From a virus: a stretch of 64,000 nt of DNA. The notes beneath the pieces are model-generated. The model worked only from the letters and a program-made list of their open reading frames with translations, was not told the DNA's origin and made no database searches. Every line of letters starts with the position of its first letter. Position 1 is the stretch's first letter. The DNA lies in the IMG/VR virus record IMGVR_UViG_3300045988_166055, positions 64,001-128,000 of that record, one strand, 5' to 3'. This document shows, one piece after another, positions 1 to 10,194 of this stretch. A program made the position numbers and the translations under genes.

Positions 1-125
1 TCCGAAAGTGGGACATTGATGCCTCAACTGTCAACATGAATCTTTTGAAGAGATTGAATGATAAAGAAAAGTTAGACTACATCAAGAAACATATTCGTTT
101 TGATCAGTTCGACTGGAGTAAGTGA
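1..125 (+). CDS. 3' end of a gene starting upstream of the window; function unknown
   Basis: Frame open from window edge (codons from nt 3: RKWDIDAST...HIRFDQFDWSK), TGA at 123-125. Confidence 0.5.
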   Translation, partial: RKWDIDASTVNMNLLKRLNDKEKLDYIKKHIRFDQFDWSK

Positions 126-166
126 ATACAATATATCACACGGTTCACGACAGGAGGTAAAATTAA

Positions 167-445
167 ATGATCATCAATGCTTCTAAAGCAAAACAACTTT
201 CTAATGACGCTAACAGCTACGAACCTTACTGTGAAATTGCTGATGCTATAAGAGATGCGGCTGAATCCGGAGAATACAGCTGCCGAGTTATATTATCTGA
301 ACAGTGCACAAAGGACGCAAAGAAGAAATATCGTGAAATTCTCGAAGAATTGGGTTACAAGGTAGAAGTAGAAAGGCATCTTGAAACGGATGACTTTGGC
401 CAAGGTTACTACAACATATCTGTTAAGATTAGGTGGGATGAATGA
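167..445 (+). CDS. small hypothetical protein (92 aa), first of a tandem paralogue pair
   Basis: ATG preceded by GACAGGAGG SD; ends ...ISVKIRWDE like next ORF (...VRISISWE). Confidence 0.7.
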   Translation: MIINASKAKQLSNDANSYEPYCEIADAIRDAAESGEYSCRVILSEQCTKDAKKKYREILEELGYKVEVERHLETDDFGQGYYNISVKIRWDE

Positions 446-446
446 T

Positions 447-713
447 ATGGAAAATACTATTTACTCAGCTGAATTTGCAAGGAAACTTTGCGATGATTAT
501 AATTCATTAACGAATACGATCAATCGATACATAAAAGAAGCTGTAAACACTGGAAGATATCAAACAGATTTTGTTGTAACAAAAGCTTGTTCAGATTATG
601 ACAAACTTGTAGAATGCCTTAATCAATTTGAAGACCTAGGTTATTGTATTTCTATTCGAAATGAGAATCTTTTCAACAACGATTCTGTTAGGATTTCAAT
701 TTCGTGGGAATAA
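447..713 (+). CDS. small hypothetical protein (88 aa), paralogue of 167-445
   Basis: ATG 447 lies 9 nt after AGGTGGG SD and just after the upstream TGA; shared pattern I..A...G.Y...C...LGY...IS..W.E. Confidence 0.65.
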   Translation: MENTIYSAEFARKLCDDYNSLTNTINRYIKEAVNTGRYQTDFVVTKACSDYDKLVECLNQFEDLGYCISIRNENLFNNDSVRISISWE

Positions 714-720
714 GAATTAT

Positions 721-750
721 GAGCAGCTATAACTTAGCTGCTCATCATTT
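721..750 (+). terminator. hairpin terminator candidate
   Basis: GAGCAGCT-ATAACTT-AGCTGCTC (8 bp) followed by ATCATTTT. Confidence 0.5.
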
Positions 751-751
751 T

Positions 752-769
752 GAACCTTGTATACAAATG
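752..769 (+). promoter_or_regulatory. class B box (GAACCTTGTAT) upstream of tail operon
   Basis: TGAACCTTGTATACAAATGA; one of six near-identical intergenic boxes. Confidence 0.5.
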
Positions 770-824
770 AAGGTGAGTCATAAAATTCACCATAACCAAA
801 CAAAACTTTTGGAGGTTTTACTTT

Positions 825-1607
825 ATGGCGCTATCTGAAAAGATACAGCTTCTAGGCGCGGGGCTGTATAAAAACATTCCAGATGAACTTACACTTAAGA
901 ACATTCCAACAGCATCTGAATTAGATTATGTAGGGAGTGAAGATTTTGATCAAACAATGATCGACAAAATCCTTCCTTCAGCAATTGAAGAGAAAATCGA
1001 TACAAAAGAACTTCTCGAAATTGATTACCAGTGGATTTGCAGATGCTTAAGACTGCTAAACTACGGACCATATTTCACAACAAATTCTATCTTCTGTGAT
1101 AAATGCGGACAGATGTACGGAGAATACAGAGTAAACTTAACATCTGTAGAATGCAAACCACTTCCAGAAAACTTCAAGAATAAACTTAAGATCAAGGCCG
1201 ATGAATTTCTTGATTTTAACGGTGATGTAGAGCTACATCTGCTGACGATGCAGCAAGCATTAAATTCATATAAAGACAAACAATTTATCAGTCCTACTGG
1301 AAAACCTAACAGAGAGCTTTCAAGAATCTGCTACATGATTACATCAATGGGAGATGAAAAGAACATGACTCCTATTGATGTAAGAGTATCAATTAAGAAT
1401 AAGCTATCGTCCGCTGATTACATTGTCCTAAAGGACAGAGTAGCAGAGCTTACAGACTACGGTCTAAGAGCTGGAGGTAGCTGCAATTGTCCTAGATGCG
1501 GAAGCAATGGGGCAGCATTTTTAGCTCTGGTTGACGAAAGATTTTTTCGCCCAACCTTGGACGATCTACGGCAATGGAAGCACGATAGAAGTAAACGGCC
1601 AGAATAA
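825..1607 (+). CDS. tail assembly chaperone-like protein (G-like), zinc-ribbon containing
   Basis: Sits immediately upstream of the tape measure gene; its 3' end overlaps an extension ORF in another frame; CDKCG...CPRCG cysteine pairs. Confidence 0.6.
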   Translation: MALSEKIQLLGAGLYKNIPDELTLKNIPTASELDYVGSEDFDQTMIDKILPSAIEEKIDTKELLEIDYQWICRCLRLLNYGPYFTTNSIFCDKCGQMYGEYRVNLTSVECKPLPENFKNKLKIKADEFLDFNGDVELHLLTMQQALNSYKDKQFISPTGKPNRELSRICYMITSMGDEKNMTPIDVRVSIKNKLSSADYIVLKDRVAELTDYGLRAGGSCNCPRCGSNGAAFLALVDERFFRPTLDDLRQWKHDRSKRPE

Positions 1608-1809
1608 AACATACATGGAGATTCGTCAACAAATGTATGAAAACATAATTGACGAAACATTATTTATCTCAAGAGCTTCTGAAGGAGCTGTTTCTGCTGA
1701 ATGGCTCATGGATCAACCAATATTCGTGAGAAAGAAATATGTAGAGTCATTTGAAAAAGAGCTTCGAGAAAGAGAAAAGAGACTAAATCAAGGTAAGAAA
1801 CCAAAATAG
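1531..1809 (+). CDS. extension ORF (T-like) of the tail chaperone, reached by frameshift
   Basis: No ATG start or SD of its own (track start is TTG); overlaps the 3' end of 825-1607; classic G/GT position before the tape measure. Confidence 0.5.
   Translation: MTKDFFAQPWTIYGNGSTIEVNGQNKTYMEIRQQMYENIIDETLFISRASEGAVSAEWLMDQPIFVRKKYVESFEKELREREKRLNQGKKPK
1542..1548 (+). promoter_or_regulatory. candidate ribosomal slip site (TTTTTTC)
   Basis: In-frame AGA TTT TTT CGC; a +1 (UUU to UUC) or -2 slip enters the 1531-1809 frame; a -1 slip meets a stop after about 13 codons. Confidence 0.5.
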
Positions 1810-1826
1810 ATATTTTCCTCCAATAA

Positions 1827-1860
1827 GGGACGGGATGTAAAAGTCCCGTCTCTAATTTAA
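1827..1860 (+). terminator. hairpin, weak terminator or attenuator
   Basis: GGGACGGGA-loop-TCCCGTCTC (about 9 bp), weak T tract. Confidence 0.4.
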
Positions 1861-1944
1861 TATCCAGAAATCTTATATAATATCATAAAACAGAAATTCT
1901 GAATATGATAACTAGAAAAGAAGATTGAGAGGTGAAGAAACAAT

Positions 1945-4900
1945 ATGGCTGATAACAACAAGCAAAATAAAACATCAAGATTTGTTTCTGAATCTCAAGG
2001 ATTACAGGATGAAAATCAGCAACAGCAAAATCAGAACAACCAAGGTAATCTAAACTCAGTAAAAGATTATCTTAAGTCTATAGATCAAACAACAAAGCAG
2101 ATCCTTCAGAAAGCAAATGGTTTCTCTCAATCATCTGCTCGTGATCAATTTGGTCAGAAAAAGGGATACTTTGGAGATCAATACGCTCAGAACGCAGGAA
2201 GTAGAAAGTCAGGAAAGAAATCATACGGTAGCTTCAGCGATGGATTTGAAGACGCATTCTGGGAAGGTATTCTAGGAAAAGACTTCAAAGATCAAATGGC
2301 GAGTGTTGTTCAAGGCTTCGCAAAGGACTTTGGAGTAAGCGTACAAGACCTACCCGGTGAGCTTGGAAACCAACTCGGAAAAGTTGGTATGAACGCATTT
2401 AAGAGCACAAAGCTTGGAAAGAAAGTAACCGGTAAGCTCGACAATGCAAAACAGAAGATATTTGAGTCTGCTTCTAATGCTTTTCAACAAGGTGCAGACA
2501 AATACGGCGGTAAATCTGCAGCAGGTGATGCGATAAAAAACTTAGCTGGTAAGTTCAAAGGTCAGTCAGCTGTACAAACAGCTTCTGGAACATCTTCTAT
2601 ATTAGGAAAAGCGGGAAATATAATAAACAGCGTCTTTGGATCAAGCCAAGGAGCTGCCTCAGCTGCCGGAGCTGGAGAGGCTGCTGCAACTGCTGCAGCT
2701 ACAATGGCTGAAGGTGCAGCAACTGCTGGAACAGCTGCTCAAGCAGGTGCAACAGCAATGGCCACAATGACATCTTCTGCTGCTGCAGCAACAAGCGGAA
2801 TTGCTTCAATGGCTGCCGCTGCAGGACCTGCAGGCATTGCTATTGTTGCAGGAATGGTAGCAGTAGAACTATTCTCAGAAGCACTTGGACCTGCAATTGA
2901 AGGTGCAAAGAAATTCGGCAAAGCGCTGAAAGATAGTGCAAAAAGAGATCAAGCTTCTGAAGATAGAAGAGCTGAACTTGCAAAAGACCGTCTTAAGCAA
3001 GATGTAGAAACCATCATAACTCAGCCTTTCAAGATTCTAGAAGAAGCTGCTCAAAAGATTTATGACGCTTGGGACGCAAATCTAAGAACAATAAACCAAA
3101 CACAAGGTTACACAAAATCAGATCTTCAAGATCTGATGGCTTCGTATGCTGAAAGACTTAGACAAGAAGGTCTAGCGAAATACGTAAGCGGTTCTGATAT
3201 AACAACAAACCTAACAAAAGTTCTTGAATCGGGGCTAAGCGGTAAAGTAGCAGAAGAGTTTGCATATCTAGCAACAAAGCTAAATGCTGCAATACCTACA
3301 GAAGATTTCTTCCAGTATTCATCAACATATGCTTCTCTTGCAGCTAATGCAATAAAGAATGGAAAGTCTGAAACAGAAGCAATATCTTATGCAACATCTG
3401 AGCTAGAAAACTTTGCAAGTAATCTACTTTATTCTAGTAGACAGCTTGCAGGAGGATTTAGTACTGGATTAAAGAATGCTTCGTCTCTATTTGAAGAAGC
3501 TGTAAAGATTACAACAGCAGCTAAACAAGGAGACGCAGGTCAGCTGTCATCTGTGCTAACCGCAGTATCTGCTGTAACGGGAGCAATTGCTCCTGACCTT
3601 GCATCTTCAATGACTGATGCAATAGTAAAAGCAGCGACAGGTGGTAATTCTTCTCAAATTGTTGCATTAAGATCGCTTGCGGGAATCAACGCAGGAAATA
3701 CTGAGTTCCTAAAAGCTCTGGTAAATAACCCTCAACAAGTATTCTCAACACTCTTCACTAATTTAGCGAAGATGCAGAATATGTCCAATGACAACTTCAT
3801 GGAAGTTGCAGAAGGACTTTCAGATGTATTCGGAGTATCAATGGATGCTTTCGCAAGAGTTGATTTCAACTATCTTGCAAAAGCAATCACAAACATGAAT
3901 ACATCAAATGCTTCTCTCAATGAGAACATTTCTAATCTACAATCTGGTCAGTCTACAACAAATGCTGATATTCTTAGAAACCAGCAAGTAAACCAATATA
4001 TGATAGAGAACGGTCTATCACTTGTAATGGACAACGAAGCTGCAAGAGCTATTCAGCAGCATATGTGGGATGAACAGAGACTTCAACAGCTTCAAGAAAC
4101 TACTTACGGAGTAGAAATCCAAGGTTCAGCATTAGAGTTCTTAGCTGGTATCAAAAATACTATCAAGAACATAATGAATATCCTCAACCCGGTAAGATGG
4201 TTGATTACTACTGTATCTAATGTAGCACAATCTACTGCCGAAGGAAATGCTCTAAAAGATGATGTTGCAAAAGTTCTTGCACTTGGAAAAGTCGGTCAAG
4301 GAAATGCAAAATCTTTCTACAATCTGACAACAAGAGGAAAAGAGCTTAATTTAACACCTAACCTTGTTCAACTTCTAGGCGGAGAGTCATCATATTACAA
4401 AGCTCAAGCTGTTGGCAGAACTGCATACGCAATAGGTGACCTAACATCTGCGATTCTTTCTCCTGGTGCATACTTGAGTCAGCTTGCAACACAAGGCATA
4501 GCAAGCTTTCTTCTTTCTAGAACAGATAGCAAGAATCCGAACAAATATGGAGTAGGCGGTAAATCTTCGTCATATGGTCCATCAAGCAATTATCAATGGG
4601 GCACAGTAGGAAAGAGTCAAGGTTACGGTCTTAAAGTAAAGAATACAGCAATGTCTGTATCCTCTGGAAGTTCTACTTCTTCTAATGAACAATCCGCAGA
4701 AGAAAGGAACAAGCAGATTCTTCAATCAAACTTCGATAGAATGATGAATACTATCGACAGTTTTGTTGACCAAGGTAAGACATATGATGAGTGGGCAGCA
4801 ACTGCAAGAAACTTCGGAATATCTGACTATCAAAAAGCGCTGAATACTTTAGGATATTCAGAAGCAGACCTTCAAGGCTACTTTGAAGCAAAAGAAGGAG

Positions 4901-5385
4901 TTAAGGGCGGACAAGAACAAGCAAGAAAAGCAAAGAAAGAAGAAACCTTCTGGGATAAAGGTCTAGAATACTTCGATACATTCTCATTGAACTCAGACAG
5001 TCAAATGCAGAGTATGATAGACCTAACCACATCAGGAAACGATCTAATTTCTAAGATACTTGCGAAGAATACAGAGTTCAAACAAGCCTTTGATGATTAC
5101 TTCGTGAATCATATTCTATATAGTAAATCGTATGATCACGCAGCTGTAACAAAAATACAGAACGATGAGAAGTATAAATCTTCTGATGCTATTTATGCAC
5201 TTGCAGATGCACTAACAGCTGCAACAGACCTGACTGATCCTACATTGCAAACAAATGCAATACTGAGCCAGATTCTAATCGTTGTTCAGAGCATAATGCA
5301 GCAGAATAACACATCTGGTAGGCTTACACTTCCCGATGCAATCGCAGCAATGGCAACAGGTACATTTAATTATGAATCCACTTGA
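1945..5385 (+). CDS. tail tape measure protein
   Basis: 1146 aa; follows the chaperone pair; Ala/Gly-rich hydrophobic core (AAAGPAGIAIVAGMVAVELF) flanked by long helical segments. Confidence 0.8.
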   Translation: MADNNKQNKTSRFVSESQGLQDENQQQQNQNNQGNLNSVKDYLKSIDQTTKQILQKANGFSQSSARDQFGQKKGYFGDQYAQNAGSRKSGKKSYGSFSDGFEDAFWEGILGKDFKDQMASVVQGFAKDFGVSVQDLPGELGNQLGKVGMNAFKSTKLGKKVTGKLDNAKQKIFESASNAFQQGADKYGGKSAAGDAIKNLAGKFKGQSAVQTASGTSSILGKAGNIINSVFGSSQGAASAAGAGEAAATAAATMAEGAATAGTAAQAGATAMATMTSSAAAATSGIASMAAAAGPAGIAIVAGMVAVELFSEALGPAIEGAKKFGKALKDSAKRDQASEDRRAELAKDRLKQDVETIITQPFKILEEAAQKIYDAWDANLRTINQTQGYTKSDLQDLMASYAERLRQEGLAKYVSGSDITTNLTKVLESGLSGKVAEEFAYLATKLNAAIPTEDFFQYSSTYASLAANAIKNGKSETEAISYATSELENFASNLLYSSRQLAGGFSTGLKNASSLFEEAVKITTAAKQGDAGQLSSVLTAVSAVTGAIAPDLASSMTDAIVKAATGGNSSQIVALRSLAGINAGNTEFLKALVNNPQQVFSTLFTNLAKMQNMSNDNFMEVAEGLSDVFGVSMDAFARVDFNYLAKAITNMNTSNASLNENISNLQSGQSTTNADILRNQQVNQYMIENGLSLVMDNEAARAIQQHMWDEQRLQQLQETTYGVEIQGSALEFLAGIKNTIKNIMNILNPVRWLITTVSNVAQSTAEGNALKDDVAKVLALGKVGQGNAKSFYNLTTRGKELNLTPNLVQLLGGESSYYKAQAVGRTAYAIGDLTSAILSPGAYLSQLATQGIASFLLSRTDSKNPNKYGVGGKSSSYGPSSNYQWGTVGKSQGYGLKVKNTAMSVSSGSSTSSNEQSAEERNKQILQSNFDRMMNTIDSFVDQGKTYDEWAATARNFGISDYQKALNTLGYSEADLQGYFEAKEGVKGGQEQARKAKKEETFWDKGLEYFDTFSLNSDSQMQSMIDLTTSGNDLISKILAKNTEFKQAFDDYFVNHILYSKSYDHAAVTKIQNDEKYKSSDAIYALADALTAATDLTDPTLQTNAILSQILIVVQSIMQQNNTSGRLTLPDAIAAMATGTFNYEST

Positions 5386-5401
5386 TAGGAGAGTGCGATA
5401 A

Positions 5402-8071
5402 ATGAATTTCATAAGATTCTCAACAGGAACAACAAACATATTCCCATTAGCTAACTCTAAGACAGGCGGTCAGCTAATGACTGAATTCAACCTTCGTTCT
5501 AGAGAAAGTGTTGAAGTAGGCCCTATTCAGAGTAATAAGCGAATCCATTATATGGTTGGTCAGTCTTTTGTTAATTCAGAAGATGATTTTAAGCTGGTTG
5601 GAACTACAACAAGCTCTGGACAGATAGCTTCCGGTGACAGCCAAGTTCTAATGATAACAGAAGGTAGAGCTGTCATCAACGGTCACTACTTTGAATCACT
5701 TGTACCTGTAAAGATTGATATAGGTGAAGCAAATCAGAAGTTAAGAAAGAATTCTATGCAACCACTTCTAGGAGAGCTCTCTGTTGGTCTTCGTGCAATG
5801 TATAGCACAACAGAAACAATGGCCGGAGCCATGATTGCAGAAGAGAAAAACTACTTTGAAGGAGTTCAGGTAGTTATTCTGCCTAAATCAGAATTCAAAC
5901 TTCCTATTGACTGCAAAGATGATCAAGGGCAAGTTACAGCTCACATCAAGCTAGGTGACATCATTTATCAGAATGGTAGAATAACAAACATATCTCAGAA
6001 TTATCCTGATAAGTGTAGATATCTAGATGCTGATAGAATTACAAATATCAGTAAGCTCATGTCTGATAACTATATCAATCGAGATGGATTGAATCCGGGA
6101 TACATATACGGATTCTCTGGTAAGGGTTCATCAACAAAGGACACCTGGTGCAACATAACAGATAGCTTGATTGTATGGGATAAGAGTTACAACAAGGCTA
6201 CAACCGAAAAGCCTTCTGTAACTAATGCAAACTTCGGAACTGACACAAACGGAAATGTAGTTCTAGCTCTTCCTCATAAACAAATTGATGGGATGATGAA
6301 TACAGACGGTAAACAGCTTTACTATCAGCCCAGAATAATGAAGTTACCTAAAGCTGATTACTCATCTGGATCTTCCGGTACTGTTGATCATGCTTACACT
6401 CAGAAGATAAAAGATGCTTTTGAGAAGATCCATACAAAGATTCTAGAAGGAAAACAAAGAGCATACATTGATATTATAACTGATGAAAAACGAAAAGAGC
6501 TGCCCCCTATAAGTTCTAGCTGGAGCATTGGCGATTATGTAGTAGTAGGAACGGATAACTCAGTTGTTGCTTCTTCTGATTCAACCAAATCTCCTTCTAC
6601 ATTGTACATAATCATTGATGGAACTGTTACACAATTTAAGTTCAAAACAAGTAACAAGAATGGAGATGTTCCTTCTGGGCTTGATCTGCAGATAACCAAG
6701 TTTGAATGGTCGTCCGATAAGAATGATCCAATTCCGGAAACAGGTTCTTCTGATGAATCTGTAGAGAAGTACAACAATCAACTTCAAGTAGCTACAAGCA
6801 ACTACAGAGGAGCAATTGGCACATCTTACATCGTAATAAAATATGACCAGGTAGATAAGGATACACAAGCAGTAGATACAACATATTATTTCTACACCGT
6901 TTCAGCAAAGAATGCAGATAAGATGTATTCAGATCCTATTTGGTTAACTGGAGAAATCAATCTAGCAACAGAAGAATCAATTGGAGGGTTCTTAAATGTA
7001 CCTGACACGAAACTAGATGGTGGATATGTTTACAGAGACGAGAATGGTAATCTTAGACTGCTAGATTATGCTCTACTTCGTACAGGCACGCTCGCCTATC
7101 AGCTTGGCGCAGATCAAGAGTTCGGAAATGGGCTTACAACAGAGTCCATTCAAGAACAACTTGATGAATACGTAAACGATCGTGTAGCATTTCCTACTTC
7201 TGATACATTGAACGATAGTAAGTATAACGGTATGATAAATATCACCTTAGAGCTACCTAAAGAAGATGAAGCATCAATAGTTACTATTCGAAACATTGAC
7301 AGCAGATTCGGAACTGGTGTAAATATAAATCTTTCAGGTGAAGCAGATTCAAATACAATTATCAATATAGTAAATTGCGAGAAAATAAAGATAAATTCTA
7401 CATTAGCTCTTAGCAAGGATAAAGGTCCAGCTATAAATTTGTCTAATTGTAGTCTATGGTATGATTCAGAGGTAATTGAGAATCTAACATACATTTATGG
7501 ATTGAAGTTATGGTACAGACAGTTTGATGAATCCGATAACAACTTAACTGTTTCTGGTATGACTGTCATGTCTCTTGATTCAATATCGCAAACAAACGAC
7601 ATAGACTATTGGAATGAAGCGGTAGATAATGACATACATTATCTATACGCTCTTCAAAGTTTAACATTCAATACAGATGGAACTATCTTAGGAGCCGGAA
7701 TTCTATTAAAGAATAGAACTACTGGAAATGTGTCAAATGGTAAATCAATAATTGTTTCAAGTTTCCAATTACCAAACAACTCGTTACTACAGTATCCTAA
7801 GAATAGATTGACAAAGCAATTGAAGATAGATGGCCAATTCATTTCTGCTTATGCGTCGGATGAACCTGAAGGATATATAGTAATAGATACAAAATTCACA
7901 GCTTTATCACAGAAATGGAATACAAATGATGAGGATGTTGAGCCTGGAACAATTTCATTCCTCGCAAATGTCGAGCACATTACAAATGTTGTCGGTGTAA
8001 GCTATGGTACAGAGATTGATGGTTGGGCAACTGAATCCTTCCATCCTTTTGAAGGGAAGATAATCGGATGA
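5402..8071 (+). CDS. large tail-module structural protein, function unknown (889 aa)
   Basis: Long intact ORF, SD GGAGAG, beta-rich composition, position after tape measure. Confidence 0.55.
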   Translation: MNFIRFSTGTTNIFPLANSKTGGQLMTEFNLRSRESVEVGPIQSNKRIHYMVGQSFVNSEDDFKLVGTTTSSGQIASGDSQVLMITEGRAVINGHYFESLVPVKIDIGEANQKLRKNSMQPLLGELSVGLRAMYSTTETMAGAMIAEEKNYFEGVQVVILPKSEFKLPIDCKDDQGQVTAHIKLGDIIYQNGRITNISQNYPDKCRYLDADRITNISKLMSDNYINRDGLNPGYIYGFSGKGSSTKDTWCNITDSLIVWDKSYNKATTEKPSVTNANFGTDTNGNVVLALPHKQIDGMMNTDGKQLYYQPRIMKLPKADYSSGSSGTVDHAYTQKIKDAFEKIHTKILEGKQRAYIDIITDEKRKELPPISSSWSIGDYVVVGTDNSVVASSDSTKSPSTLYIIIDGTVTQFKFKTSNKNGDVPSGLDLQITKFEWSSDKNDPIPETGSSDESVEKYNNQLQVATSNYRGAIGTSYIVIKYDQVDKDTQAVDTTYYFYTVSAKNADKMYSDPIWLTGEINLATEESIGGFLNVPDTKLDGGYVYRDENGNLRLLDYALLRTGTLAYQLGADQEFGNGLTTESIQEQLDEYVNDRVAFPTSDTLNDSKYNGMINITLELPKEDEASIVTIRNIDSRFGTGVNINLSGEADSNTIINIVNCEKIKINSTLALSKDKGPAINLSNCSLWYDSEVIENLTYIYGLKLWYRQFDESDNNLTVSGMTVMSLDSISQTNDIDYWNEAVDNDIHYLYALQSLTFNTDGTILGAGILLKNRTTGNVSNGKSIIVSSFQLPNNSLLQYPKNRLTKQLKIDGQFISAYASDEPEGYIVIDTKFTALSQKWNTNDEDVEPGTISFLANVEHITNVVGVSYGTEIDGWATESFHPFEGKIIG

Positions 8072-8622
8072 GTTTAGTTCACGACTACATCAAGATAAAG
8101 TATACTCGGGAAGGTTATCTTCCCGACTATCCTTATCATATGATATCAGATGATGAAATGATAGAAGCATTCATGAAATCTGATTCCGATGAGGGATTCT
8201 TCTTTGACAACTATTATGTTAAAGACGAATCACTTAAAGAGCAATATGCAACCCTTGTCCGGACAATACGATTTCATATTGACATCTTCAAGAAATCTAA
8301 AGAAGATAAGAAGGTTCTACCAGATTGGGTGTATTCATATATGCTCGGTGTAGTTGTTTCAGAACATTCTTCAGATATTGACAGACACGACCTTTTGGTC
8401 TTGTTAGATTTAGATAATGTAGATGATGACTTCACTGAACAAGCTAAGAAAAAATGCTTGTCTATCAGCAAGCAGTGGATAAAGAAAATAACAGAAGACA
8501 ACAGATATGTTAAAATCCTTAATCCAAACGGAACATATTCTAGATATGACGGAAGACCTGCAACCATGTTCGGAGAACCTCATGTTATAAAGAGTTTGAG
8601 ACTTGAATCCGCAGGTGTTTAA
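8068..8622 (+). CDS. hypothetical protein (184 aa)
   Basis: ATGA start/stop overlap with the upstream gene (translational coupling). Confidence 0.65.
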   Translation: MSLVHDYIKIKYTREGYLPDYPYHMISDDEMIEAFMKSDSDEGFFFDNYYVKDESLKEQYATLVRTIRFHIDIFKKSKEDKKVLPDWVYSYMLGVVVSEHSSDIDRHDLLVLLDLDNVDDDFTEQAKKKCLSISKQWIKKITEDNRYVKILNPNGTYSRYDGRPATMFGEPHVIKSLRLESAGV

Positions 8623-8636
8623 GAAGGTGAAAGTGA

Positions 8637-9644
8637 ATGAAGTATCTACAACTTACCAATGATACAAAGCTAAAAGATGTCGCATCTATTGTTGGAGATT
8701 CAAATGTAGAAAGATTACTAGTTGCAAACGACATTGAACGAACTCCTAATATCGGAAAGTCTTTTATTGCTAAGTGCAATAAGACAGTTTCTGATACATC
8801 TAAGTTAGTAACATGGCAAAGGAAGTCAACAATACTCAATGGCATGACGAGTGATTCTGATGTATTTGAAAAAGCGTCTATTCAGAGTGATGATGATTGG
8901 AAAGTTCTAGACACTTTAGGAACATTCCCCGGAATGCTCAAAATTCCCGATTCGATGGAAGTTCCTACATCTTACAGCATATTGGGAAATAATGAAGGAG
9001 TAAAGAAAACAGTATACAACAAAGCCATGACAATGCTTTCTAACCCTCCGCATTACATTGATCCTTCAATATTTAACGAAGTAAGTAACATACGGAATTC
9101 TAAAATAGTTAGCGGATACAGATCTAACGGTAGCAATACACAGTTCTTCAATTTACCTTGGGGAGATATAACATTGTATTCTTCTCTTGAGCCAACTGGA
9201 ATTGATATTCCGGCGTATCCTGAAGAATATAATGATAGCAGAAAAGCTAACTATACTCAAATGCCTGATATGCTCTATCAATATGAGCCATGGCAGCTAT
9301 ACGAAAGTTCTGGTCCTAGAACAAATCAGTTTGAATTCCAACTTCATAGAGATATGTGGACAACAGACCATAGAGACGGTAAAGCAAATGATCTGATACG
9401 CTATTGTCAATCAAATTGCTATCCTGATTTCAATGGGTCTGCTGTAAATTGTCCAATAGTTTCCTTATATATTATGGGCAAATGTTTAATACGAGGAGTA
9501 ATGACAGATTGCTCTGTTAGCTGGAATGGACCAATTGGATTAGATGGTTGGTATCTTGCTTTTAAGCTTTCCTTCAACATAACAGAAGTTTCTGAAATTG
9601 CTCTAAATCATAGCGTAATTAGAAACAAACCATTGATTGGATAA
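8637..9644 (+). CDS. hypothetical tail/baseplate-module protein (335 aa)
   Basis: ATG after GAAGGTGAAAG SD; sits in the tail module. Confidence 0.6.
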   Translation: MKYLQLTNDTKLKDVASIVGDSNVERLLVANDIERTPNIGKSFIAKCNKTVSDTSKLVTWQRKSTILNGMTSDSDVFEKASIQSDDDWKVLDTLGTFPGMLKIPDSMEVPTSYSILGNNEGVKKTVYNKAMTMLSNPPHYIDPSIFNEVSNIRNSKIVSGYRSNGSNTQFFNLPWGDITLYSSLEPTGIDIPAYPEEYNDSRKANYTQMPDMLYQYEPWQLYESSGPRTNQFEFQLHRDMWTTDHRDGKANDLIRYCQSNCYPDFNGSAVNCPIVSLYIMGKCLIRGVMTDCSVSWNGPIGLDGWYLAFKLSFNITEVSEIALNHSVIRNKPLIG

Positions 9645-9765
9645 TATCAAATCGTATATTTATAATCTTGTTTCGTATAATTATTTGAGAAAGTGTTTTT
9701 CTCGCATATGCGAAACACAAACAAATCCAGAAAATCAATAATATTTATACGAAACAGGTGATTTG

Positions 9766-10188
9766 ATGTACATACAAAATACATTGATACCTTATCAGGT
9801 CATTGAAAAACGAGGAATAGAATACAGTGTATGTAAAGACTACAGTCATGTATCTAGATACAGGGGGCTAAGACAAGTTATTCATCTTCCTACATCAAAC
9901 GATAGAATAACAACTCTTGAAACTCCAAATGCTTTTGTAACTAATTTGAATGTAAAGTACTATGAAGTACCTAATAAGTATGAAAATAGATTAGACCTCA
10001 TTGCAAGAGATACATTAGGGTCAGCTGAATATTCATGGGTCATTTCATACTTCAATAGGATAGAAGATGGGTTTACTGTCAAAGAAGGACAAAAATTGAT
10101 GATACCTACATCATTCTACGACTTGTTCAAAACAGGCGAAATCCTTCAGTCCATTCCAGCAACTTCATTGAATCTAGGACAGGAGTAA
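9766..10188 (+). CDS. LysM-like tail protein (P2 gpX / PBSX XkdP type)
   Basis: C-terminal RLDLIARDTLGSAEYSWVISYFNRIEDGFTVKEGQKLMIP resembles a LysM fold; position before the gpD-like gene. Confidence 0.55.
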   Translation: MYIQNTLIPYQVIEKRGIEYSVCKDYSHVSRYRGLRQVIHLPTSNDRITTLETPNAFVTNLNVKYYEVPNKYENRLDLIARDTLGSAEYSWVISYFNRIEDGFTVKEGQKLMIPTSFYDLFKTGEILQSIPATSLNLGQE

Positions 10189-10194
10189 CTACAC

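Noticed and set aside
2640-2870. Ala/Gly-rich GCTGC-type low-complexity DNA as a possible repeat element
   Set aside because: It is in frame within the tape measure protein and encodes its hydrophobic Ala/Gly-rich core. It is compositional, not a discrete repeat.
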